From Convolutriloba macropyga (Eukaryota): 64,000 nt of DNA. The notes below the pieces were generated by a model. The model ran no database searches. It saw nothing but the letters and a program-made list of their open reading frames with translations, and was not told where the DNA came from. Where the stretch lies: contig NC_134469.1 in NCBI RefSeq assembly GCF_964194025.1, positions 17,484,001 through 17,548,000 of the forward strand, read 5' to 3'. The translations under genes were made by a program, and so were the position numbers. Shown piece after piece: positions 37,716-48,475 of this stretch (its first letter is position 1; every line of letters begins with the position of its first letter).

Positions 37716-39014
37716 CAAACCCCTACAACAAGTCATTGTCATTCGGTTTGATGGTTTCACCTGTATATGGAAGTAAATAGAAAGTCATTAGGCGCCACAG
37801 CAAATATCAAAACTTTCATTTGACGAAAATAAATAGCTTTTTAATTTTTTTTGGAAAAAACTTCCAAAACTTGATTTTTTGCAGAAGTCCTCGGTCTCAG
37901 ACGTTGCCGTCTGCGAAGTCCCTTTATCCCTATTGGTTTCAGACGTTACCATCAGCAGAAGAGGAGTTTTCGAAGAAAATTGGTTCCAGTAGTCACCAGA
38001 AAATTTGATGTCTCTTTTTTTTTCTACTTTCAATATTTTTGAAAAGCAGATCTCAGACGTTATCTGTGGGAGAAAGTTTTGAGAGTTTATTAGAGTCAAT
38101 GCAATCTATAAATAACGAAAACAGAGTGAAAAACAGCAGACAAAGTCACACAGTTTTAAAGATAACGAAAAAGCTTTTGCAAAACCCGAAAAAAGACAAT
38201 ACACCAAAGAGTTCTAAAGATTTCCACAATATGATTCGTCTCTGCAAATTTCTAGCATTCAGTAGCCCTCCTGTAGCCCTTGTTGCCTAAACGCATCGCA
38301 TTTTTACTAATTTCTTATCTTTAGCCGTCACAACAACAATAAACTCCTAGAAAAAGAACAGGTTTCAAAGTTATAAATTCGCAAAAACTGTGAGAGGTAT
38401 TTATTAATCATAGTGTTTGGTTAGGGTTAGGGAGTTAAGACAAATTTTCTTGGGTAGTTTCATAAGCTTTCTGGTTGGTAATCTATTCCTATTTGAGGGA
38501 AACAGACGAGTGTTTTGAAGTTTTCAAGAAAAAGGAGTTTAATGTAACAATTATTTGAGTTCTGGTCTAATATTGGTTCAACTGCATAATTGTAGCAAAG
38601 CACAAGTTTCCTGTCAACTACAGTAGCCAGACACACAAGTTAAAACAGTGAAAGCCAGCTATTTAACCAAAACTTGTGTTAATTCAACAAAAAACAAGCA
38701 ATTATTTAAGTCTGTTGAACGAAAGTCGATTAAAGCGCGCGAACGTTCGGAAAAGCTTTTAAGTTTTTTTTAGCGCAAAAGGCAAGATTTAGCACACAAA
38801 ACACATTCTAGGACATCACTTTTTGAGAAAATTTGCGTCGCCGGTCTTTTGAACAAGAAAAAACTAGGATCATTAGCATTCAAACCTTAGACAACTTTTT
38901 TTTTTACATCAAAAATTTGCGTCGCTCCGGTTCTAAGCCGTTTTTCACCTTCAGTAACGAGCTTCTTCACCTACATCATCAACAATCAGCTACAACAAAG
39001 CAGCAGCCACCAAT

Positions 39015-42000
39015 ATGTCAAAGCAGAACAGCGCTGAATGTCAGTTTGCCATCAATATGTTCAAAGCGACAGAAATGTCAATGAAGAAACTGCTCGATCT
39101 CCTTGAGAAAACTGTGGAGCAGAAAAAGAGTTTCCGGTCATTGTCTTTGATGATCAACAAAATCAAAGGCCAGGAAACAGAGCTCAAGAAACTCTCAGAG
39201 GAAGTGATGAGACAGCAGCCACATCAGAGCACTGCATCATCAATATTGAATAGGCAAACGACACTAATAACTCGCCTCAATGAACTGGAACTGCATGTTG
39301 ATCTGTTGGACGACGATGGCCAGCTCAGTCAGTCTTCTAGTCGCATTAGAGATGATGTCAGCATGATCTCCAGCAGAAGAAACCTGTCTCGGCAATCAAC
39401 ACCTGCGCCCAGTGACGACAAGGAACGAATCCAGCATCAGCGCGACATAGAAGGAAAGCAGACCAGCAGTAACATCTTCAATCAGCCGCCTCCATTACCA
39501 CCACGGCCAAGACAACCATCACTGTTTCTGCAAACATCTAATGAACCAGGACTTCAAATTCAACATGTGCTTGAAGCCCATCAAAGAAATCCTAAAAAGG
39601 AAGTTCATGAAAGTCTTCTAAAATCCAAAACTAAACTTGGAAACGAATTAAACGTTCCGAATCCTTTTCCCTGCTTTGACAAAGATATCAGCCAAAAATT
39701 CACATCTCCAACAAGATCAGGGAAACTTGAAATTGCCTCCAACCTGGTAAATAGAGATGTCTGCGATATTGAAACAGCTCAAATCAACTTGAGTGACAAC
39801 TTTGACACGTCGCAGAACCTTTTGCCTCCAATCCAAAATTTGAACCTTTCAGGTAATCACTCACTTTCAAACCCCTTCATTTTGGCAGATCCAACTATTC
39901 AATTACAAGCAGATGGTCTTTTTGCCCAAAACTCGGCATTGGAGAAAACCCTTAATTTAAAGTTGCCAAAGCGAAGAAACAATCAGGATTCATATGCCAA
40001 CAGAAATCCTCAATATCATAATTTTCCCAATCTACAACAGAATGTTGGACCTTCTGAGGTTCAAATAGGAACAAATGGATACCTCGATAGTCAAGTGTTG
40101 AACTGTGATCTGCAAAAACTCCCCTGCTTACCCACAGTGGCAAACAGAACCTCACATCTTCCAAGTACAACTGATAAAATAGTGGCAGAAAACAATTGCC
40201 TACAATCCAATCAATATATTAATCCTATAACTGGGGTACATTCCGCAAGTGTTCCTCCAATTACCGTACAACTGATGGAACAACAGCATCAAAATACCGT
40301 CTTAAATCCTGCAGCTCCTAATTTTCTGCCAAACCAGGTAGCTCCACAATCAAACGGAATTGCGGCTCCTCTGCAATTTCCACAACCTGTTAACAGTCAA
40401 CACGGTCTTACCAGCACTTTCCCAGTTAACCAAAATGTGACACAACCCAGTCAGTTGTGTAACAACCAGTTTGTTCCTGACTCTCAAGTTCCATCGAACT
40501 GTCAAGCTCCATTAACTTCCACGATCCATGCCCCAATGTGCATTAATCAACACTCAAATCCTGCTGGACAAAATCAGTTGAGCCAGCCTTTAATTAACCA
40601 GAGTTTACTGCCCCCTGTCAATCAACACATAAGCTCAGCATACTCGAACCCTAATGTAACACAGGAAAAAGGAAATGTTGATTTCAAGCATTCAATCAAA
40701 TTGCCACCTTTGAAACTTCAGAATTTCAATGGTGATCCTATCCACTTTCACGAGTGGATCAATAATTTCAACACGATGATTCACAACAACCCTTCCATTA
40801 CAGACACTCATCGTATAACTTACTTACAGAATTCTGTGAGTGGGAAAGCAAAAGACTTGATTCATGCTTATTCCTGCGATCCATCCTATTATCAGACAGC
40901 ACTGAATGAACTAATCCGACATTTCGGTGATCGTACTATAGTTGTTAATGCGTTCGTTAACCAGCTTGAAAACTGGCAAATGAACTTCCAAAACAAGCAA
41001 AGCTTCATTGCCTTTTCCTCATTTTTGAAAAGACCTGTGCAAGCCTTCCAATACCTTGGCTTTACAGCAGACCTCCAGTCTACAACACTCATTAAGAAAG
41101 CCAAAGAGAAAACGCCACATCATTTGGTTCTGAAATGGACAGAACATTGTCTCACCGAGCTCAACTCAGACCCAACTCTTGTGGATTTTCAACAGTGGTT
41201 GGGGCTCCAAGCTCAAATCTACGACAAAGTGAGTCGAGAAAGCAATCAAAGAACCATCAGTTCTCAAGCCTCAAAGTTTGTCAACTCGAACAACCCGCAA
41301 ACCAAGCAATACAATGGCAATCTCTCAGTGTCAGTCAACAACGCATCAGCGGAAAACAGTAGAAAACAATGGAACTTTGGGCCTCAGCAAAAGCAACCGT
41401 CAATTTCACAAAACGTTCCGAACAAAACCTTTAACACAAAACGATCTTGTGAGAAGTGCAAACAAGAACACAGCATTGCCACATGCCCTGAGTATCAATT
41501 GTGCTCACCAAGTGATCGATACAACCTTGTCAGCCAAAATAAATTGTGTACAAACTGCTTGAGCAACAAACACCACAAACAATCGTGCCCATCGCAAAAA
41601 CAATGTCAGGTTTGCAGTGGATTCCACCACACAACCCTTCATGATCCCGCCAAGCAAATCAAACGCCCTACAGCAGCTTTTTCTACTGAAGTTTTTTCTG
41701 GTAACAATCCAACAGCTTCGTCTAGTAGCAAAGCTTCAAGTCAAACTCCAAATACATCTTCTCAACAGAAAAGTCAAACAAACAAAGCCCCCAACAGCCG
41801 TTATGGCCAAACTTTCAACAACCAAAGCCAGCAAAACGTGCAACGACGTAATTTAAACGGCAATGCAATTAACCAATCGTTCAGCATTAACCAATGCTCA
41901 GAAACACCGAAGAATTGGTATGAACAATTGCAGCTTATTCCAGTTTCATTCCTCAAGGGGAATAAAGCCTTCGATACCTACGCCCTCATAGACCCCGGTA

Positions 42001-45000
42001 GCCAATTCAGTTTTGTATTGGACGCCATAGCTGAATTTCTTGAGCTTCCCCGTGAAACACAACAGTCAGTACCACTACAATTTCTCAATACAGAGAACAG
42101 CATGTCCCTCTCAAAAATTGTTGAGCCAGTCACAATAACTCCATATAAGTCAACTGAAATATCGTTTGAACTCTCTCGAACGTTCAGCACCCCGTCTCTG
42201 AACGTCGCAGCTGCAAAAACTTTTGAACTTAATCAAATTTGTGATGCCTTCAACAGTTTGCGCCACATACATTTCCCAAATATTGCCGATGGCAAAATCG
42301 GCGCCCTCCTCGGTGTTAACGCATTCGCATTCACCTACCCTACACATGTTATACCTGGCAATCAAAATCAACCGTTTGGTGTGAAAACTAAACTTGGTTG
42401 GACCCTCGCTGGTGAATATGAGAATTGTATCTCAGCCACCACTCAACAGCCCGCAACTCAGCAGAAGAAATTTATTTTCCATGTGTCAAGAAACAGATCA
42501 GATGAACCCGGACTTGACGAACTTGTTCAACAGTTCTGGAGTATTGAAGCTGATGGCATTCAGAAGGACCGTGAACAAGTTTACACAAAGCAAGAAGAAC
42601 AGTTTCTTGATATTTTGAAGAACTCCATCAATCACAATGGTGAGAGATATGAAATCAAACTGCCTTGGAAATCAGAAATAAATTTGGAAAACAACTTCTA
42701 TTCTGCACTGAACCAAGTCAAAAGCCTCAATACACGCCTTCAACGTAAACCTTTGTTGCAGGACAAATACAATGAGACTCTCTTGACAGACCTCGAGAAA
42801 AACTATGTCAAACCGGTGGAAATGCAAGATCCTCAACCAGACAGAATTTGGTACCTGCCACACCATCCTGTGGAAAATATCAATAAGCCCAGAAAAGTCC
42901 GCCGAGTTGCAAATGCCGCTTCAAAATTCCGCGGCCAATCGCTTAATTCAAACCTTCTTACAGGACCAGATCTCCTTAATAACCTTTTAGGTGTCCTGAT
43001 GAGATTTCGAGAACATCCCGTTGCAGTTCTTGCGGACATCGAAGGCATGTTTATGCAAATCGCCATCCATCAGATTGATCAATCTACTCTTCGATTTCTT
43101 TGGTTAGCAGACAATCAGATACAACAGTACCAATTTACCAGACTCATCTTTGGAGCAAATTGCTCACCTTCGTGCGCAATATACGTTCTTAACCATTGTG
43201 CCAAAGAAAACAGTCAACAATTCCCAGAAGCCCTCAAAGCCGTCAGAAAGCACTTTTACATGGATGACTACATCCAATCACATGCAACAGAACAAGACGC
43301 TTGTAAGGCAGTTTTTCAAACAAAAAATTGTCTGCAAACAGGTGGGTTTCGACTCACAAAATTTGTTTCAAACAGCTCTCTAATTCTAAACCAAATCCCT
43401 CCAGAAGACAAAGAGAACAAGACAGATATTGTTAGAGTTCTTTGTGTTAAATGGAATCTTGAGAAAGACTGCTTTTTTATGAAACCTCTCACTGATTTCC
43501 CAAAAGATGCCTCAGCATACACTCAACGTAAGATCTTTAGTCTTGTCTCCTCGATCTTCGACCCAATAGGAATAATGTCGCCATCAACGATCCGTTTCAA
43601 AATAGTTCTTCAAGAACTGTGGAAACTTGGGAAAAAATGGGACGATCAAATTGCCCCTCAAGTAGTTAAACCACTTCAAAAGAATTTGGATTTATACTTT
43701 TCTTCCCCAGAAGTGACATTGAACAGAACTCTGAATAAGAGTTGCCATTCACCAGAAAGTGAAAATGAAATCCATATATTTGTCGACGCCTCAGCTGTAG
43801 CAGTTGCAGCCGTTGCATACTTGAAAACAGTTCCTAACTCAGCCACTGATGTTGAAACTTGTTACCTAATAGGCAAATGCAAAGTTGCCCCAATTAAACA
43901 AATCAGCATACCCAAATTAGAGTTGGAAGCCGCAGTCATCGGAGTGCGCCTTCTTTCAACCATCATGAAAGAGTCATCATTTCACATTACTCGCTCTACA
44001 CTCTGGACAGATAGTCAAGTAGTACTTGACTGGTTATCGACAACCAAGAAGCAACCTGTTTTTGTTGCGAATCGCCTCAAAGAAATCCTTGCATCAACTG
44101 ATGCTTACCAATGGAAACACGTTGCCACCAAAGAAAATCCAGCTGACCACGGGACCCGTGGTCTCAACCCAGACGAAATTACAGCCAAGTGGCTAACAGC
44201 GCCAGCATTTCTTTCCACAAGACAGCTCAGCGCTGCTGAAAACTCTTCAAAGCATGTGTTAGCAACGCATGAAATTTCACGCAATTTGTCGGAGCAAATA
44301 ATCGACCCGACACGGTTCTCAACTTGGAACAAGTTGCTCCTGACTTTAGCAACAGTCTTCAATTTGCTCTTTCGGATCAAAAAGCAAAGGCCTAAAGATC
44401 ACCAGTATATAACAGAAGACGTCATTCTTGCAAGAAATCAGCTGATCAAAATTTCGCAGCAAAATTTCTTCTTCTCAACAATCCAAGCCCTGAAACGTGG
44501 TTCCAGGATAGATTCAAAGTGCAAAATCCGTTCGCTCAACCCAATGTTGGACAACAATGGAATCCTTCGGTCATGCGGAAGACTGCAATTTGCGCCAGAT
44601 AACCTCGAAGTTGAGAAATTTCCGATTATACTGCACGCAAAGGACAAGATAGCGAGACTCTATATAGAGCATGCACATAACATTTGCGTTCACCAAGGAA
44701 CAGAGCCAGTGAAAGCTTTTGTGCAGCAAAGATACCACATCATTGGACTCAGAAAAACACTTTTGAGTATAAAGTACAGATGTTTTCTCTGCAGACGATT
44801 TGCCGCTCAAAACATTCAACCCGTCATGGCTCCCCTCCCTGCCTGCCGTTTCCCGACAGACTCTACCCAGTATCCTTTCGCGAACAGCGGAGTCGACTTT
44901 TTTGGACCCTTTTATATAGAGGATGCCAAAGGACAGATTGAAAAACACTACGGCCTCATCTTCACTTGCCTGGTTACTAGGTGTGTCCATCTAGAAGCTT

Positions 45001-45773
45001 GTCCCGATCTCAACACTGACACTTTTTTAAACGCCTATCGACGTTTTGTAAGCCGCAGATGCCAGCCAACAACAATGCTCAGCGACAATGGCAAGACATT
45101 TATTGGTGCATCTGAGGAACTAAAAAGATCTGTGAAACGTCTCGACAACGACAAAATCTACAAAGCAATGGCAGCAACGAACACAACCTGGAAGTTCAAT
45201 CCTCCCTATGGACCTCATTTTGGCGGTATTTGGGAGCGCTTGATCCAGACCGCGAAACGCACTCTATTGATCATTCTAGGCTCCAGAAGGCTGTCGCTTG
45301 ATGTGTTCAGGACAATTTTGGTCGAGACCGAAGCTATATTGAACTCCAGACCACTAACGATTGTCGCTGACCTTCCAGAAAATGAAATGCCTCTCACGCC
45401 AAACCATTTTCTGATCAACAGACCGTTCAACTCTCTCCCACCAGGAAAGTTCGACAGCCAAGAACCCGCCAGTTTCAAGTCTTGGAAGAATGTGCAGCAA
45501 ATGGTCAACCATTTCTGGAAACGACTCGTCAAGGAGTATCTTCCGACACTGTTAAAGAGGTCCAAATGGAGCGATAGTGACCAAACACCACTCAGAGTCA
45601 ACGACATCGTTTGGATTCTGAAAGATATGACTCCACGTGGAATTTGGCCCCTTGGACGTGTTCTTGAAGTCTATCCTGGACGAGATGGACAACACCGTGT
45701 GGTGAAGGTGAAAACGGCTTACGGCACGTACGTTCGTCCGGTCTCCGCCCTCGCACGTGATTTGGCTGATTAG
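39015..45773 (+). CDS. BEL/Pao gag-pol polyprotein, 2252 aa
   Basis: Gag core (IKLPPLKLQNFNGDPIHFHEWINNF). Three Cys/His knuckles (CEKCKQEHSIATC, CTNCLSNKHHKQSC, CQVCSGFHHTTLH; ~41448-41642). Protease ALIDPGS (~41991). RT WYLPHHPV, LADIEGMFMQI, FGANCSP, YMDD (43257-43268). RNase H HIFVDAS/WTDS/NPAD. Integrase HHCC plus VDFFGP/SDNG/WER. Pao-type C-terminus FWKRL..EYL...WPLGRV...GRDG. Confidence 0.97.
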   Translation: MSKQNSAECQFAINMFKATEMSMKKLLDLLEKTVEQKKSFRSLSLMINKIKGQETELKKLSEEVMRQQPHQSTASSILNRQTTLITRLNELELHVDLLDDDGQLSQSSSRIRDDVSMISSRRNLSRQSTPAPSDDKERIQHQRDIEGKQTSSNIFNQPPPLPPRPRQPSLFLQTSNEPGLQIQHVLEAHQRNPKKEVHESLLKSKTKLGNELNVPNPFPCFDKDISQKFTSPTRSGKLEIASNLVNRDVCDIETAQINLSDNFDTSQNLLPPIQNLNLSGNHSLSNPFILADPTIQLQADGLFAQNSALEKTLNLKLPKRRNNQDSYANRNPQYHNFPNLQQNVGPSEVQIGTNGYLDSQVLNCDLQKLPCLPTVANRTSHLPSTTDKIVAENNCLQSNQYINPITGVHSASVPPITVQLMEQQHQNTVLNPAAPNFLPNQVAPQSNGIAAPLQFPQPVNSQHGLTSTFPVNQNVTQPSQLCNNQFVPDSQVPSNCQAPLTSTIHAPMCINQHSNPAGQNQLSQPLINQSLLPPVNQHISSAYSNPNVTQEKGNVDFKHSIKLPPLKLQNFNGDPIHFHEWINNFNTMIHNNPSITDTHRITYLQNSVSGKAKDLIHAYSCDPSYYQTALNELIRHFGDRTIVVNAFVNQLENWQMNFQNKQSFIAFSSFLKRPVQAFQYLGFTADLQSTTLIKKAKEKTPHHLVLKWTEHCLTELNSDPTLVDFQQWLGLQAQIYDKVSRESNQRTISSQASKFVNSNNPQTKQYNGNLSVSVNNASAENSRKQWNFGPQQKQPSISQNVPNKTFNTKRSCEKCKQEHSIATCPEYQLCSPSDRYNLVSQNKLCTNCLSNKHHKQSCPSQKQCQVCSGFHHTTLHDPAKQIKRPTAAFSTEVFSGNNPTASSSSKASSQTPNTSSQQKSQTNKAPNSRYGQTFNNQSQQNVQRRNLNGNAINQSFSINQCSETPKNWYEQLQLIPVSFLKGNKAFDTYALIDPGSQFSFVLDAIAEFLELPRETQQSVPLQFLNTENSMSLSKIVEPVTITPYKSTEISFELSRTFSTPSLNVAAAKTFELNQICDAFNSLRHIHFPNIADGKIGALLGVNAFAFTYPTHVIPGNQNQPFGVKTKLGWTLAGEYENCISATTQQPATQQKKFIFHVSRNRSDEPGLDELVQQFWSIEADGIQKDREQVYTKQEEQFLDILKNSINHNGERYEIKLPWKSEINLENNFYSALNQVKSLNTRLQRKPLLQDKYNETLLTDLEKNYVKPVEMQDPQPDRIWYLPHHPVENINKPRKVRRVANAASKFRGQSLNSNLLTGPDLLNNLLGVLMRFREHPVAVLADIEGMFMQIAIHQIDQSTLRFLWLADNQIQQYQFTRLIFGANCSPSCAIYVLNHCAKENSQQFPEALKAVRKHFYMDDYIQSHATEQDACKAVFQTKNCLQTGGFRLTKFVSNSSLILNQIPPEDKENKTDIVRVLCVKWNLEKDCFFMKPLTDFPKDASAYTQRKIFSLVSSIFDPIGIMSPSTIRFKIVLQELWKLGKKWDDQIAPQVVKPLQKNLDLYFSSPEVTLNRTLNKSCHSPESENEIHIFVDASAVAVAAVAYLKTVPNSATDVETCYLIGKCKVAPIKQISIPKLELEAAVIGVRLLSTIMKESSFHITRSTLWTDSQVVLDWLSTTKKQPVFVANRLKEILASTDAYQWKHVATKENPADHGTRGLNPDEITAKWLTAPAFLSTRQLSAAENSSKHVLATHEISRNLSEQIIDPTRFSTWNKLLLTLATVFNLLFRIKKQRPKDHQYITEDVILARNQLIKISQQNFFFSTIQALKRGSRIDSKCKIRSLNPMLDNNGILRSCGRLQFAPDNLEVEKFPIILHAKDKIARLYIEHAHNICVHQGTEPVKAFVQQRYHIIGLRKTLLSIKYRCFLCRRFAAQNIQPVMAPLPACRFPTDSTQYPFANSGVDFFGPFYIEDAKGQIEKHYGLIFTCLVTRCVHLEACPDLNTDTFLNAYRRFVSRRCQPTTMLSDNGKTFIGASEELKRSVKRLDNDKIYKAMAATNTTWKFNPPYGPHFGGIWERLIQTAKRTLLIILGSRRLSLDVFRTILVETEAILNSRPLTIVADLPENEMPLTPNHFLINRPFNSLPPGKFDSQEPASFKSWKNVQQMVNHFWKRLVKEYLPTLLKRSKWSDSDQTPLRVNDIVWILKDMTPRGIWPLGRVLEVYPGRDGQHRVVKVKTAYGTYVRPVSALARDLAD

Positions 45774-45892
45774 CCTATTTTTTCTTGACCTTTTTTCGAA
45801 ACGGTTTTCTAGGCAACTTGGGTTACACCCTCTTCGACGATCTGGTCAAACGTCTGTGATGTGTTAGTTGGCCTCCTCTTTCCCCTGGAGCA

Positions 45893-46059
45893 TGTCGTGC
45901 AACAATCAAGTCAGAAGTAAAACTTGAAAAAACATTGACTTTTGTCCTTATCGCAACCAAAACGAGTTGGTTGTTCCCGCAACTTAAAACTGATATAAAA
46001 ACTTACCAAACTAAACTGTCTAGAACAATGTAATTGAACCTTATCTACATTCTCTTACA
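45893..46059 (+). repeat. 3' LTR (167 bp)
   Basis: Same sequence as the 5' LTR, followed by the AACAG TSD. Confidence 0.96.
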
Positions 46060-48475
46060 AACAGTACTTTATTCAGCCTCCATAAAGTTTTAAAAAGACC
46101 GTATTTTACTTTTTGAAAATATTTCTCCTTCAAATTTATTCTTGATTAGTCGACATATAGGAATAAGCGTAAACTTTTCAAGCCAGGTTAGTATGGCGAA
46201 TCAAAAGTCATAGAGATGACTATTTAGGCGGACTTCTTCAAGTTATTCTGGTTCCACAATCAAACATTACAAGTCAGTGTTCCTACCAAATTAAGTGGAC
46301 CACAATAAAACGTGTCTGTATACATGTTAAAAGGGCCTCAGTGAGGGATATTGCGTATCCCAAAATGATATTTTTTGACCAAACCTCGACCCGGAACGAC
46401 ACGGAAACGATTATACTAATTGATAAATCAGCATAATGTTCAATAACAAAACGTTATAGAGATTAATCCAATGGGAAATCAATTTGTTAAGAGCGCTGGC
46501 TCGTAGTGAAAAAAGGGATAAATCGGTAAATCGACCGTTTTGTAGAAGACAAATAAATACATCTAGAAGACAAATAGAAGTCAAATCACCACATATCAAC
46601 TCATCTTGCCCAAGAAATCTAGATTAGTGCTCAAAAATTAATCCAAATGACTGTTACAGTCCTCGATAAATTTTGACAAAAAAACCATTCTAAAAGTTGT
46701 TCTCAATTTTTCTTCTGGAGCTTAGAATCAAACTCAAATGAGCATCGCTAAGCAAGAGCTTCCTCACTTAAATGGTCATACATGAAACTTTCAATAATTT
46801 GAACCACACTGTCTCGAGCAATGAGAATAAAATACCTGGTATGTCAAAATCTTGCCAAAACAGACAATAAATTGTGTTTTTACGAGCGTGTTGCTTGGTG
46901 TATATCTACGCAATTATTAGACAGTGTAGTGAGTATACATGCTAAATGTGCTCATATAAAGGTACCCTAATTTGCTAGTTTGTGTGCTCATTTTTATCAA
47001 TTTCCAACATAAATGTTCAACTCAAATGTTTCCAACTTTTCTTGCGATTGGGTCAAGTGTTTCAATCAGGACTGTGCAAACGATTTTAAAAAAATTTTGA
47101 TCAAATGCAAAAAACGTGTTTTGAATGGCAAAAAACTTTTGCTTGAAAAATCAGATCAGGAGTAAAGTAAACAGAGGCTACACGAAAAACAAATAATGCA
47201 CATCCATTTATTTTTGTTTCAAGGATTATAGAGAGAGAGAGAGAAAGTCTCTCGATTCTTAGGGTTTTCTGGCAACATAACAAAACAACACAAAAGAAAA
47301 TATTGCGCCATGCAAACAAATGAAAAATAATTTCAAAAATCAACAATTCTAAAAAAAACAAATCAATCAAAGATTTTGAGAAAATCTTCAGAATGGACTT
47401 TTCTTAAGTATTTTGAATGCTTCCCTAATTTCATAAACAAAACTCGCCTTCTCAATTATTGGGGCTAGATTGTTTCTGGTGAATAACAGAGCTTGTATGA
47501 ATTCCTGGAAGGCAACATGTGAATTTCAAAATGCGAATTGTGATCTCTGTAATAATTCGAGAAAACTGTCGAAATTGATTTTTCTGTATTATTTTGATTG
47601 CTTCTCAAATTTCATAAATTCATAAACAAAAGTCTCAAATTCTCACATTCGCAATTTTCGGGGCTCAAGTTTGTTGCTCGATGAACAGATCTTTTATATA
47701 TATGTAACCCGGATGAATATTCCTGTTTACCATACAAAGAACCATCTAAGGTCCATATAAGACACACTAAATTTCTCAGCATGATCTTGTAATGATTAGT
47801 AAGATTCACGTATGATCTCTGTATGATTATTAAGAACAGTAGATGAGCTTTCTATGGTTGCTAGAAATTATAAATCTACTCTATTTCTGCTTCGTCACGT
47901 TCGGTATAGTTTATAATTGGTGCTGCTCGTGCAACACCAACGGTATGCTAAGCAGCCTTCACACGATGCAGTTTTCTACAAGAACAGGAGTTGACAAAAG
48001 ACGCTATTTTGTGATAGATAGTGGAAACTTTCGACTCTAAAGTAAGTTTTCAGCTATTGTGGCATGTTTCTGGGATTAAGTAGAAAAAAAGCTAACTCAG
48101 ATTGTTCGCTAATTTTTCATAAAATCCATACATGACTTGAGATGATTACCAAAAATTTTATGTGATATAAGATGACCACAAAACTTCTTTTATGGCGTTC
48201 AACCTGGATCATTATCTATCATTATCGCTGACAAAAAATCAGTAGTTAACATTCTAAATGGGGCAAAAAGATCGACACCAAAAATACAAATAATTCTATT
48301 TTAATTAATTCTGAGATTCTCTATGTCTGGTGTATTGAAGTTTATTTTATTCTAGAGTGATGACAATCGAAAACTAATTAAACTACCATTCTCGGCAAAA
48401 TTTGCTCTTTTTGTTCAGTTACAGTAATTGCGGTTGAGGACTACTAACATGATTTCAATGGGGATTAGTTTTTAA

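Larger units (their letters stand above)
36179..46059 (+). mobile_element. Full-length BEL/Pao LTR retrotransposon (9881 bp)
   Basis: TG...CA LTRs at 36179-36345 and 45893-46059. 5-bp TSD AACAG at 36174-36178 and 46060-46064. Internal gag-pol ORF with PR-RT-RH-IN order and BEL/Pao-type motifs. Confidence 0.97.

Noticed and set aside
38419-38432. Telomeric TTAGGG repeat
   Set aside because: Only two units; not significant.
45774-45892. env-like extra ORF in the BEL/Pao element
   Set aside because: Only 119 bp lie between the pol stop and the 3' LTR, and leader ORFs are short and repeat-derived.
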